Source of the DNA: Gracilinanus agilis
Lineage: Eukaryota
DNA: 64,000 nt
Direction of reading: 5' to 3'
Assembly (NCBI RefSeq): GCF_016433145.1
Contig: NC_058133.1
Coordinates: 284,302,202 to 284,366,201 of the forward strand
Position numbers and translations under genes: made by a program. Shown piece after piece: positions 24,751 through 37,454 of this stretch (position 1 is the first letter of the stretch; each line of letters begins with the position of its first letter). Under the pieces are notes generated by a model. That model was not told where the DNA came from. It saw only the letters and a list, made by a program, of their open reading frames with translations, and did no database searches.

Positions 24751-27700
24751 ATGGATAAAGCTTTGGGCCTGAGGTCAGGAGGACCTGACTTCAAATCCAG
24801 CTTCAATTCTCAGTAGCTATGTAATTTTAGGTGTCACCTAATCTGTATTTGCCTTAATATTCTCAACTGTAATGTTGCAAGGATCAAATGATATATTTTA
24901 TAAAGCAATTGTTATAGTGCATAGTACATAATACCTGCATTTATTCACACCCTGACCCTTTCCCCCAACCAACCACTGATTTGGTTTTGGGGCAGTAAAA
25001 CATGGTGGATTTGGAGTCAAGTTTGTACTAGATGATTTCTAAGGTTCCTTCCAAATCAGAATCTATGTTCCTCTAAATTCAGCAACCTCAATAGGTTGAG
25101 AACTGTAATAGAGTCTATTATTCTCTAAGACATTTTAGTGTAGTGGAAAGATTTGGAATCAGAAGCTTTATGTTTAATATCATCTTGGCCACTCATTATT
25201 TTGCATAACCTTGGACAAATAGAATTTACCTCTCTCCAGCTTCATTCTACTTTTCTTTCTTCATTCTTTTGTTTGTTTGTCTATGTTTCTATTTATTTAT
25301 TTGTTCATTGATTTTTGGACTCGATCTCCAATTCTATAGTTAAAGGGAATTCCTGGTGAAGGACCTCTCTGCAAAAGTAGATTAGCACTTGCCCTAAAAG
25401 GTAGAAGTCTCAGAAAGTTGATTGTGGGTACTTAAAGGTTAAGCAACTTGACTAGGGTCATACTCATTATTTATGAGAGATGGGACTTGAATGTCAGGCT
25501 TCCCTAATTTGAGACCAGCTCTATATCCATTCCACCATGCTGCCTTTTTTTCTCAGACTTAAAATGGAATTAATAATAGCCTTGAACTATTTGATAGGAA
25601 CTTCAAAGGGCCATGATAAGGACAGGAATCAGTTTAGTGTGTGCTGGCTAGTATGATGGATATGAGGCAAATTCCATCTCTGATACAAACTACCTGAAGA
25701 CATTTAACCTCTCCAAGCCTCAGTTTTCTTGTCTATGAAATGGAGTTAATGATATATGTAGTATGCACCTCATGCAGTTGTTTTGAGGCTCAAATGTAAG
25801 GAAATATTAAGTAAAATATTTCTTAAATGTCACTTGTTATGAACCTATGAGATAATATGTATATAACATTGTCTTCATCATTGAAACTTAAGATTAACTA
25901 TTCCCAGAGAGTTAAAACAAAAGATAGACAAAGAATGAATTAACTATGAATTAGGTTTGCCTTTTTACCAAGGACAAAGTTTTTAAAAAAAGACAAACTC
26001 TTAAGTATCTTTCCAATCATTCTAGCCATGATTAGCTAAAAACAAACAGAAACCTTACAAACAACTCAATCACCTAAGCATCTGTGACTCTGTCTATTCC
26101 TCTTTCTGAAACTTCAGTAGATTCATATAACCAGACTTATGTTTTCCCTCTTTTCCAAAAATGTATATAAGCTCCCCATTTTAGTTCTATGTGACTTCCT
26201 GGGAATATAATCTTCCCAGGGTGATGGCTCTGTGTGGTGTATCTTCATTATATTCTTCTTGCCCCCATTAAATACTTGTGATTATAACTACTTTGGTAGT
26301 TCTGCAATTTTTCCAGGCTGACATGTGAAGTACCACATAAATATTAGATTCCCAGTTCTGTGGTGAGGGAATATATATCAGGGACAGATAGTTTATTGAG
26401 CATTGTCCTGATGATCTCCCTAAAATAGCCAGAAAGAGAGAATATCTAAGACCAAGCAGTTCTGTGATTTTTTTATAACTTTTTTTTTCCAGAAGCAAAT
26501 GGAGAATAAATTTAAGTTTAAATATTTAACATTATACTTGAATAAGTAGATAAAGAGCAAGATCATAATCATAGATTTTGTAGCTGGAAAGGACCTTGGA
26601 GATATGAAGTCCAATCACCTCATTTTATCAATGTCACCCAGGGACAAGTGACTAACATAAGGTCATACTAGTAAGAAGCAAAGTCAGTCACTCTTCCAAC
26701 TTTCTCCCAAATACTACAGCTATAAAACCTCAGAAAGATGATTTCAGGAATTCAGAAAGATTTTTTTCTTCCTTTTCCCATTTATCCCTCTTCATTTCTT
26801 TAGCTAAAGCACACAAATATCTTTTATGATACAAATTTGAATGTATTTTAGGCCACAAATATGTTTTATGATACAAATATGAATATATTTTAAGCCACAG
26901 AGGACTCAAATCTTGGGCTTGGAAATACCAGTCATAGGAATGAAATCCTGCAGATTTATAAAAATAAGTTTCCTTTTTTTGAGACTAAGAGGACTGGGTA
27001 ATTGAAAGAGGACTTAGGAGATCTATAGAAACAGTACATAACTGGGAGGCTAGTCATACCTCATCTGACATAATTTTGTCTAAAGCATGAGTTGGTGAAG
27101 GTAAACCTAATGTTTAACAAGATAACAATCAAAATGTCAGCTTGCAAGAGTCAGAATTTATTGCTCCTTATAAATGAACTTGGAGGAAAAGGCCAGTTCT
27201 AATATTAACAAAAGTAATTTGTTCCATGGAATCATTAATGGTATGGCTCAGACATTTTCTGCCTGGACTAATTTCAAAAATATGTTTTGACATTTTGATG
27301 CATCCATGAACTCATTCTCCACTGTTAGACTCTTTAACCTATGCTGTGTTCTCATCCTGCACCATGAAAAAGATATCTTTTAAAAATGGTGTCTGTCTTA
27401 AATACCCACAGGGTATATGAGATATCTGTTTGTTTAGCTTTGCTGTTTTTTGTTTTTCCCTTTTGGCAAGCTAGTATGCATGTTAAAACAATAATAAAAA
27501 TGAATGTATTTTGCAGTTGTGGAAACTAAAAGAAGATAAAGAAAGAGTCAGTAATCTATATACAAGTCATGGCCTATAGCTTCCTAAATCCTCTGAGACT
27601 AAACCAAAGACTTGGCCTATGAGAGACATTTTTCTCACTTTGACTTCCCCTATATTTCTTTGAAATTGCTCTGGAGAACTCATGATGAAATAATATTTGT

Positions 27701-27929
27701 TACAAAGGTTTCATTCTTTCCTTTTCAGTGGGAGGAAGAGGAAGTAAAAAAGAAATTTTAGTTTAATTAATGGAAAAAAATTTAAAAGAAAAATTATTAC
27801 TCTAGGAAAATCCCCTAATATACTAAGTATAACTAATATCTAGAATTCTCCAAATATGTGTAGAGGGTACCTAATTCCTGTACAAACATTTAAGTTAGCA
27901 TCTGAAAATTAGAAGTGGACAGAAACTAG

Positions 27930-30020
27930 GCACAGACCAACATTTCATACCATATAGCAAGATAAATTCAAAATGGATTCATGATTTAGAAATTAAGGGT
28001 GAGACTAAAACAAATTAGGGGAAGATGAAATAATTTACCTGTTAGATCTATGGATAAGGGAAAACCTGTGTGCAAACAATATATAGAGAATATTAAGGAC
28101 ATGAAATAGACAACTTTGACTTCATTAAATTTAAAAGTTCTTGCACAAACAAAACCAATGCAACCAAGACTAGAAACAAAGCTAGAACTAGAACTAGAAA
28201 ACTAGAAATTCATTTTATGGCAAGTTTCTCTAAAACAGGTCTCATTCCTCGAATATATAGAGATCTGAGTCAAATTTATAAGAATACAACCATTCCCTAA
28301 TTGACAAATGATCAAAGGATATGAACAGGCAATTCTCAGATGAAGAAATTAAAGTTATCCTTTGTCATATAACAATTCTCTAAATTACATTTAGAGTATT
28401 AGAGGAATGCAAAATTAAAACCACTCTGAGGTACCATCTCATACCTATCAGACTAGTTAATATGACAAAAAAAGGAAAATGATAAATATTGGAGAGGACA
28501 TGGTAAAACTGGGACACTAATACACTGTTGCTGGAGCTATGAACTGATACAACCATTCTGGAGAATAATTTGGAACTGTGCTCAAAGGGCCATAAAATTG
28601 TGCATACCCTTTGACCTGTGAAAAGTGAATCAAACTTTCTTTGTCTATCAATCAGCAATTTTTAAGTTAATCAATCAAAAACTTAAGCACTACTACTTAA
28701 CAATAAGTAAGAGTGTTTGCAAGTCACTTACTAAAGTGGGTGACAGCTCCAGAGGCCATTGCCCTGCCCCTAGGCAGTGCTAGGCAAATTGAAAGACTGC
28801 ATTTGGTTCCTGTAAAGTGGAGGAAGGGACAGGAAGTGACATGGAAAAAGAACTATATAAAAAGTCCTGAACTTCCTGTCCAAGGGACCTTTACCTTCAC
28901 TTGGGTCCTTGACTCTTGGACTGCTTCTTGGAGGACTGTTCCTGGAGCTTCTCCTTTGGACTTTAGTGTTGGAGGACTTCACCTTGGGACTTGGCCTTTG
29001 GTCTTCTCCTTTGGAGTTTGTCTTGGGTAGGTGAGTAGCTGGCCTTCCTTTCCTGGCTTCTGGAGAGACTGGTTCCAGAGATTCTTGCCTTGGCTTTGGT
29101 GGAGGTTGCGTTGGTAGAACTCTAGCTGAAGACACCACCAGACATGGGGAAGCCCCTGTGGGCCTGAGCCTCACTTTGCTGGAGAAAGGCTAGTAGGGCT
29201 TTTTAAAACCTATCTCTTTAGCTACTTTTTTTCATTTTCATTCTTTCTATCTCTTTGTAAATAAAGTTACTAAAGTCATTTTTGACCTAAGTTATAATAT
29301 CTTTAAATTGGCAATTATAATATTACTTTAGAATTCTCATATTTAGTCAAAACCCTAAATTTATATTCTTACAAACCCAGCAATACCACTATGAGGTCTG
29401 CATCCCAAAACAATCAAAGCTAGGAGAAAAGAATCTACTTGTACAAAAATATTTAGAGCAATTCTTTTTGTGGTGGCAATGAACTAGAAACTGAAGGGAT
29501 ATCCATCAATTGGGGAATGGCTGAACAAGTTGTGGTATATGATTGTAATGGAATATTATTGTGCCATAAGAAATGATGAAAAAGATAATCACAAAACTAC
29601 CTGGAAAGATTTATATGAAGCAGTGCAAAGTGAAGTGAGCAGAACCAGGAGAACATTGAACACTAACAGCAATAAAGTCTGACAATCAACTGTGAATGAC
29701 TTTATTATCAGCAATGCAAGGATTCAGGACAACTCCAAGGGATTCATGCCAAAAAAAAAAAAAAAAGACTATCCACCACCACCGAAGGAACTGATAGAGC
29801 CTGATAGCAGAGTGAAGCATGCCATTCTTCACTTTATTTCCTCCATGAATTTTCTCTAGTGTAAACAATATATATCTTTTTTATATCATAATGAACCAGG
29901 GAAAATGTACTGATGATAATTCATACATAACCTATATCATTATCTGCTGTCTTTGAGAAGTGGGAGAAAGGTAAAGAACACAGAACACAAAATGTCAGAA
30001 AATGATTATTAAAAATTATA
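27930..30020 (+). mobile_element. L1 ORF2 3' portion, interrupted by a solo LTR
   Basis: L1 text continues across the LTR (ccctttgacc|...|cagcaataccacta). Confidence 0.88.
28617..29373 (+). mobile_element. Solo LTR (757 bp)
   Basis: TGTG...TACA termini, TATATAA at 28854, AATAAA at 29260, imperfect 4-bp TSD GACC/AACC. Confidence 0.85.
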
Positions 30021-31306
30021 TTGAATGGACATGGGACAACCTTTATTTCACTCTACATAAATTAATAAAACATAAAGCACTTACAAGAGCTCATAAACAG
30101 ATGAAGAATCATAGAATATATTCAAAATAGCCCCTCAATTCTCCCACTGGAAGAGGAAACAAATTTAGAATTGCTGTCCAGTCAATTCTTTAAGATTTTG
30201 GTGAGTCCTATTTCTCTGAGCTTCCCAAATAAGGATATGTATTAGATAGAGCATGTTTATCACAGCCATGTGATTTTATAGCAAGTCACCATCAACTGTT
30301 TCTGGGGATGAGAGGAGCTAAAATTATTAATTGCCACAGCTTCCCCACATGTTCTCCCCATTCACACAAACTCACGAAATTCAGGTTTGTTCTGCTATGT
30401 TTTTATCTGGAGGAGAGGGAAGAAGAGAGCCAGAGGCAGAGCCAAAGACAGAGATTAAGAGAGAGAAACAAAGGCAGAGGAAAAATCTTAGTTTGCTTTT
30501 ATAAACCATAGAAAGGGGACAATTTTAGACTTAATGTCAGTCAGTCTTGTTGAATTCTCTAGGTTCTATTAGCAAGGACTAATTCTCTATGTCTTTTTAG
30601 TGGTAAGGAGATATCCCCTCAAGTGCTTTCAAAATCCCACAGCCAAAATCATTAAGTTGATTGGGGTGTTGTTCAAATTGATAAGGGTCTTCTGTGATCA
30701 GCCCTACTTATCATCAAGTTGATTGGAGAGTTCATCAAACTGATAAGGTACTTATAGGATCAACCTCATTTAAATACACATTAAAGTTAATTAGGTTCGT
30801 TCATTCATTCATAGATTCAGCCATTCAGTCAATTCAGAATAATATCTGAAGTTTTTAGGGATACAAAGATGAAGAGAACATCTTTACCACCATTAAAAGG
30901 AGATTCTTTCTGACTTCTCTATTTCATCAATGAAATCTCGATTTATCCTGACACCTATGCTCAATCTTCATGATTAAATTTTATTTTTCCCTCTCCCTCA
31001 GCTCACTCGTTTAATAATTTACTGAGTCCTGTCATTCTACCTATGCTCTATAGCTCTTATCAATCCCCTTCTTCCACTTTCCCAGGCCCCCACAGTGGTT
31101 CAGATCCTCTCACCACCCTAAATGAATTACTCAAAATCTAGCTGTTCTCTGCCTCCAATATTTCTGCTCTAATCTATGCTTCACACTATTGCCTGCACAA
31201 ACCACAAACCTTGCAATGATTCCAGCCTGCTGAATGATGTTCAAACTCTCCAGTCTGACATACAAGTCCCTTCACAAGCATGTAGGCCATAACTATCGTA
31301 GGGCAT

Positions 31307-31311
31307 GCACA

Positions 31312-31350
<39 letters not shown>

Positions 31351-31352
31351 AC
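31307..31352. repeat. (CA)n microsatellite, imperfect
   Basis: Direct reading. Confidence 0.95.
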
Positions 31353-32015
31353 ATGTGTCTTACAGTAGGCACTAACACCTCACAGAGGATGGTGCTAAGT
31401 CTCTGTGATTATGGCAGTGCCCATATTTTGTCTTGTGATTTCCTGCTAGGCAGAACCATATAATTTCTGGGGATCCATTCCCTGGGGTGTCACATGGGAA
31501 TAAAGCTGTCATGGAATAAAAGTGTCATGCTGTATTACTGTGCTGCCTCTTTAAGGTAAGTGCAAGAGTGTCCTGAAGTAACTACCCCCAGCATTACATT
31601 AACTGCCTTCCTACCATAGGCTGCACATAGTAGGGTTGTTGATTGATAGAAGAGGCAGTCTATCATAGCCTTGACTACGATAGGCTTTTTTTTTTCTTAA
31701 AAGGAGAACTTTGTGTCTGGGATTTGAGCTCTTTTGGAATACAAAGCAATTAGCCAAGTAGGGCCTGAAGGCATTGTATGTTTTTTAAACTTGTATTTCC
31801 TGTTCAGAGTATCATTCCAACCTTCTATCTTATGTAGGACTATCTGGATCCAAAGTCTTCAATTTTTAAAACTGAAATTCATTATTGTGTTTCGTTTGTT
31901 GGAGTTCTTTTTTGTTCTTCAGTGCAAATGAAAGAGATGGCTCAAAGCATTAGAAGAAAACCTCTAGAGGAAGCCAGGTCCAGATATCACCTTTAATCTA
32001 GATTTCAGTTTCCAA

Positions 32016-32092
32016 GAGAGAGACAGAGACAGAGACAGAGACAGAGAGAAAAGGAAAGAAAGGAAGGAAGGAAGGAAGGAAGGAAGGAAGGN
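32016..32092. repeat. Compound (GAGACA)n/(GGAA)n microsatellite
   Basis: Direct reading; ends at a single N. Confidence 0.9.
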
Positions 32093-32397
32093 TAAATTTA
32101 GGGAGGTGGGGATCGAGTTTTGTCCCTTCAGGAGTGTTCTTATTGTTTTTTAATGGGAAACTGAAGGACTCCATTTTGCTAAATGCGGGTACATTTGGCA
32201 TAAGCTGGTTCTATTTACTGAGCTAGATAGACCGCAATAATTTCTTTTTTCTATCTGCCTTCAGTGGAAGATTCACCAGAGTGGGACATTCCTTTGAATT
32301 CCCTAAGAACAGAGGAATGAGAGATGAGTCTGAGCCTCAATTCAGAACTTCAGAAATAGAAATAATTTAATATATTAAAATAGATCACCCCCTCTCC

Positions 32398-32528
32398 NNN
32401 NNNNNNNNNNNNNNNNNNNNNNNNNNNNNNNNNNNNNNNNNNNNNNNNNNNNNNNNNNNNNNNNNNNNNNNNNNNNNNNNNNNNNNNNNNNNNNNNNNNN
32501 NNNNNNNNNNNNNNNNNNNNNNNNNNNN
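32398..32528. other. Assembly gap (131 N)
   Basis: Run of N. Confidence 1.
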
Positions 32529-33012
32529 TATATGTATACATGTTTCTACAGATATATATAGACAAAAATAAAGGCAAAGATATAATATAGATATTAATTT
32601 GATACTCAATCCAATCCTCTGACCTAAGCATTACAAATATTGCTATTCACAATAATTTGGCACCTTTCTTTCCAAATGTATCTCATTCTACTTTCCCTTT
32701 CTACATGCATCAAATCAGATGACTTGTTTCCCTTGTCCACAATACTATTCAGCCTCCTTTCCTAGCCTGTACCGACCTCATTCTTTTACAAACTCCTTAA
32801 GACCCAGCTCCAGGGCTACATCTTCATAAACCCTTCACTGATTCCCCCAGATAGATACGACTTTTACTTCCTTAGTCTTTGTACCTCCACTGGTGTCTCT
32901 TATACAGACTTTCCCATAGCAAGGACTTGTTTTTTAATGAATAAATATGCTTACATTCTTATCAGGGAACATAAAGTAAATATACAATAATACAAATAAT
33001 AATAGCATAGGG

Positions 33013-33201
33013 CCTTGATGGGCAAACTACAGCCCGTGTCTAAAATGTTCTAACTGGCTGCCCGACATTATTCCTAATCTGATGAATACAATGAGAAGGA
33101 TACAGCACAATGAAACTTCGAAAGAGTTGCCTTAGAAACAGACTGACGGATGAGCATTTCCTTTCCTTTGGCCCCCTCTTTAAAAAGTTTGCCCATCACT
33201 G
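33013..33201. mobile_element. Non-autonomous hAT MITE (OC1/OposCharlie-like)
   Basis: 16-bp TIRs (cctTGATGGGCAAACT / AGTTTGCCCATCActg) and a perfect 8-bp TSD GCATAGGG (33005-33012/33202-33209). Family name from memory. Confidence 0.9.
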
Positions 33202-33397
33202 GCATAGGGTGAAGTTATAAAGTATTTCAACTCTTTTGGCAAAGAGTCAGTCAACAAGTACATATTAAGCATCTGCTAAGAGTGGCACACAATGATAAGC
33301 ATTAGAGATACAAAGAAAGATTTTTTAACTATTTTAAGGAGCTTCAATATAATGAGGGAGTTCACAATGTGGGAAAATACTTGAAGAATTGTTAAAT

Positions 33398-33590
33398 AGG
33401 GGCAGTTGGGTAGCTCAGGGACTAGAGAGCCCAAGTCTGGAGAAAGAAGGTCCTGGGTACCAATGTGACCTCAGTCACTTCCTAGCTGCATGACCCTGGG
33501 CAAGTCCTGCCTCTTACTGCTCCTTTGCTCTGGAACAGATATTTGGTATCAAATTCAAAGTCAGAAGGTAAGGGTTTTTAAAAAGGAAAA
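33398..33590 (+). mobile_element. Opossum SINE-1-type SINE
   Basis: ggggcagttgggtagctcag head and gaaggtaagggttttt tail. 11-bp TSD AATTGTTAAAT. Confidence 0.88.
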
Positions 33591-35888
33591 AATTGTTAAA
33601 TTGTTCATAATCTTTGAACTAGAGATCTCACTTCTGGGCTTATCCATAAAGAAGTGGAGGTGGGTGAACAGTGCAGCTTTGCAAAAATAATCACAGCAAC
33701 ACTATTTGGAAAAGCAAATGGCCAAAGCTAACTATATGTCTAAAAATTAAGGAATGGGTGAATAAACTCTTAGATATTAGTGTGATGTAAAATTATTATG
33801 CCATAAGGAATAATGAAGAGTTTAGAGATGCTGAATGAAGAGAGCAGAGCCAAGGGAACAATATGAATGATTGCAACCAAGTAAATAAAGATAACACACA
33901 AACTGTAATTAAACACAGGCACATTCAATGAACAATAATAGTGATCGAAGTAAACAACTTTTCTTTCCATTAACAAATGGTAAATTATAGAATTCGAAAG
34001 AGACATGGAACTCACAATCACTTTCAAATAAGGGAATGTGTTGGGTAGAGGGTAAGTGTGTGTTTTGGGGGACATTTACTTTTGCAGAGAGAGGTCCCTT
34101 GCCGGGAATTCCCTTTAACTATAGAATTAGAGATTGAGTCCAAAAATCAATGAACAAATAAATAAATAGAAACATAGGCAGTTTTTTAAAAGGGGGGAAA
34201 GAAATGGTAAAGAAAATTGAATTGTAAGGAAGGCTGGATAAATGCTATAAGATACAAAGTGCTCTGGGAGTTCAGAGCAAAAATTATACCTGGGGAATTA
34301 GGAGAGTCTTCACAGAGAAGATAGAACCTGTGTTGAGCCCTGAGAGATCAATTTATTTTAAAATATGGAGATTGGGGGGCAAGGGGTAAGGGATAGGAGG
34401 CAGGGGATTTGTACCAGGGTATACATTATATTCTAACAGAAATAGAAAATGTTTGTGTTCTTAAGTTTTACTGACAATCTTTCTGGAAAAAACTCATGCC
34501 CAGGCTTGTCCTTTTGGCTCACACCAAAGTAGAATAAAGTATAGGAAAAAGCTTTTTATGGCATTTAACTCTACCCCAAACAAAATATGCTTCAATGGAA
34601 TTAATCATTGATCCTGGGACCTATATGTTGACAAGTAGGGAAATAATTATAGTTTGCATTTTATAAGCTTCTTATTGGTAATTATTCTTTCTTTTCTCTA
34701 GGTTTTTTAAAAAATATGATGTATTTAATAGCTCCCCAAGGCATTCCTTTGCCTAACCCAGGGGCCAAAAAGGGTGAGATTCTTTTACATCTCATGCTTA
34801 GAAACTGCTGACAACATAACTCTCCTTTGGGGATAGGCTTGTATGAATGCAAAATGTGAGACTGGCAGAGTTATTTTCATCTACGGGTTCTGAGAGAATG
34901 GGTATTTGCTCTGCACATCAATAGGTAATCTCTGGTGTAAGATATCTTTGTTTAAGGTCTGTCAGCTCCAAATCATAACAAGCCCAGACTTCCCATAGGA
35001 CAGCAGAGGGCAGGCTGAGTCTATACAAGACCAATAGCATACTTATTTGGCTTTGCTGCCTATACAGTCAAAGGAAGTTATTCATTATCATAGAAGAATT
35101 ATTTTCACATAATAACTACCAGAGTGTAGTTAACCAATCCTAATGCTCAGTGGGGTTAATTCAGTTCTAGAAAAGTTGGTGCCTTTTCCACCCCATCCCT
35201 AGCACTTTAGCCTGATAAATAGGAAATGCTTTGTTACAGCTACATGGTGCAGTGAATCAAGTACTAGATACAAAGATGACTTAAATTCAAGTCAAGATGC
35301 TGAATGAATTTGCCTTTGATCACTGAGAAATCTCACTAATCAATTAGTTTATTGGCTACTGCTAGATTGATTAATAAATTGATTTGTCTTACCCAGCACC
35401 CAGTCCTAGACTTTTTTAATTATCAAAGAAGAGAGGGGGAATGATCAAAGCTGTTAGCTAACAAATGAAGATGTAAAGACACAAGTAAAAAGGGATGGTA
35501 TTCACGAGGAGGATTTCTTCTGTCAAACCTGGAGGAAAAGAGGAGAGATATTACAATTATTTTAAAGCACAGAATTGGAAAGAAGAGGGAACTCATGATG
35601 AATGTACTCAGTTACTTCAGTGAAGCGACGTTTTGGGATCATAGGGAGGAGAATTAAGGTGATGTAGGTGGCCTGAGAAAAGACAGTTTGCAAAAAATAC
35701 TGTGATAGGAAAGAATAAAAGGGTTTAAGTGAAGAACTGAGAGCCAGTTTAAAAATATATGTAACTTAGACTTGAATGATATAACATTAAATTTTAGTTT
35801 AGGAAAGTTTTACTCTTTTGTCAACACTTGGAAAAATTAAATTCCAGCCTGAAAACATTTAACAAGAAATATTGTGAAAATATTCCTA

Positions 35889-37325
35889 TTTATTAGTTCC
35901 TTTCTCTACAATACTTTAAAGGTCAGGTGCTTCAATTAATAATTTAGTTAGACCTTTTGTGCTTATCATGGGCTAGGAAAGCAGTGAATTAAACAATGCT
36001 ATAATAATGCCAACACTTATACTAAATTAAAATCCATTTTAAACACAACTGAACATAATTAAATGCAACTAATCATGTCAAAAGAACAAAAAACTAAGAA
36101 GTTTGCTTTGAAAAAGAGCAGGGGAAATTTTGTAGTGAGCTGAATACAATGTGATATTTGTCTTTCTGTCATGGTCAAGTAATTACTATTTCTCCTGTAA
36201 ATGTAGCCTGGTTTCCCTCCACATCTCAACAAGCTCCTAGACACTGGGAGGATGAATAACACACTGCAAATAACAAGTTACATTAAAACATTATACTTAC
36301 AACCTGTTATTAACAAGAACACTTTATAGCTTATCCTTAACAATTTACATAGCATTTTCATATACATTATTTCATTTGAAACTATATAGCAGTGATGGCG
36401 AATTTTTTAGAGATAGAGAGCCCAAACTATAACCCTCACGCTGCATGTGAGCTCCCCCACCTCTAAGCCCAGGCAGGGGAGGAAAGAAGCACTTCCACTG
36501 GGCTGCTGGGCAGAAGGGTGGATCATGTGAGAAATATCCTCAGGCGTGCATGGAGTGGGGGAAAGGAGCAGCCCCTTCTGGCATGTATGTCATAGGTTCA
36601 CCAACATGGCTATATAACAACAAAAAGATATTTCTAGTTTCTCTCAATGTTAAAATTTATAATTCTGAAAAAGTAAAAGTAATTTTTTTTCCAAATTAGA
36701 TGGGCTTCAATGTAAAAAAAAAGGGAAAAATCTAGTAAGGACATTCTTTCCTCTTCCAGAGGAAGGCAGGAAATAAGATAACTATTTCTGAGGTGATACA
36801 CAAGCAGGAATTTTCCTTAGATTGAGCCAAAATTCAACATCATGTAAAATGGTGAAAAAATTCACCACTCTTTTCTCCTATTATTGTTATATTATATAGG
36901 TGTCTTTCTTGAGAAGAACTAAATAATAAATACACAGTGATGAAATAAAGATCAGGACTAGAATTTTTCCTTTTGCATGAATATTTATTATATCTGAATG
37001 CCCACTGGTTAATGAGAAGTTCAAAACAAAATAATTTAAATATAACTTTATTTATCTGGGGTTTTGGGCAGAATGTTAAAGTATAATTATTTTTTCTGAG
37101 AACCAATAGATTTTCATGTGGAAGATGAAATGTGTATGTCTACAAGTGTATATATGACTGAGGTATTATACAATTTTCACAAGTCTGGTTTTGATTTCAA
37201 ACTTTCTCAGAAAGCACACAAGGCAACATGTGGCATAGATCACTTTTAGACATGTCTTTCTCCTCTTCATTAATCAAGAGTTAATCATAGGAATCTGACA
37301 ATACATTGAGACAAATTATTTGATA
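35889..37325 (-). other. MMUT: Probable MMUT 3'UTR with candidate AATAAA signals at 37047-37052, 36984-36989 and 35889-35894
   Basis: AT-rich sequence after the stop codon. TTTATT on the plus strand at these positions. The true 3' end cannot be determined from sequence alone. Confidence 0.5.
36390..36609. mobile_element. Non-autonomous hAT MITE (220 bp)
   Basis: Imperfect TIRs CAGTGATGGCGAATTT / rc CCATGTTGGTGAACCT. 8-bp TSD CTATATAG/CTATATAA. Confidence 0.82.
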
Positions 37326-37454
37326 TTACATAGATTCTTGCTTCTTTTCCAAACATTTTTCAATATCTTCAAGCACCTGAACTGCAGCCTTTGGAATCCG
37401 AGTTCCAGGACCAAAAACATTGGCAACACCAATGTTGTAGAGAAATTCATAATC
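37326..37454 (-). CDS. MMUT: MMUT last coding exon (exon 13 equivalent, 129 nt including TAA)
   Basis: tctcaacag|GATTAT...ATGTAA. Translates [42 protein letters not shown]. Confidence 0.98.
   Translation of the reverse strand, partial: DYEFLYNIGVANVFGPGTRIPKAAVQVLEDIEKCLEKKQESM

Noticed and set aside
27220-27290. Plus-strand WNH*WYGSDIFCLD* resembling the opsin YGxxCxxDW loop
   Set aside because: The spacing is wrong, it is on the opposite strand to the other opsin-like hint, and it has no flanking TM segments; probably chance.
28770-29174. 134-aa proline/serine-rich ORF (and the overlapping 105-aa ORF 28713-29030)
   Set aside because: Both lie entirely inside a solo LTR with TG..CA ends and a TSD. 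No recognisable domain; GC-richer LTR sequence readily gives such ORFs.
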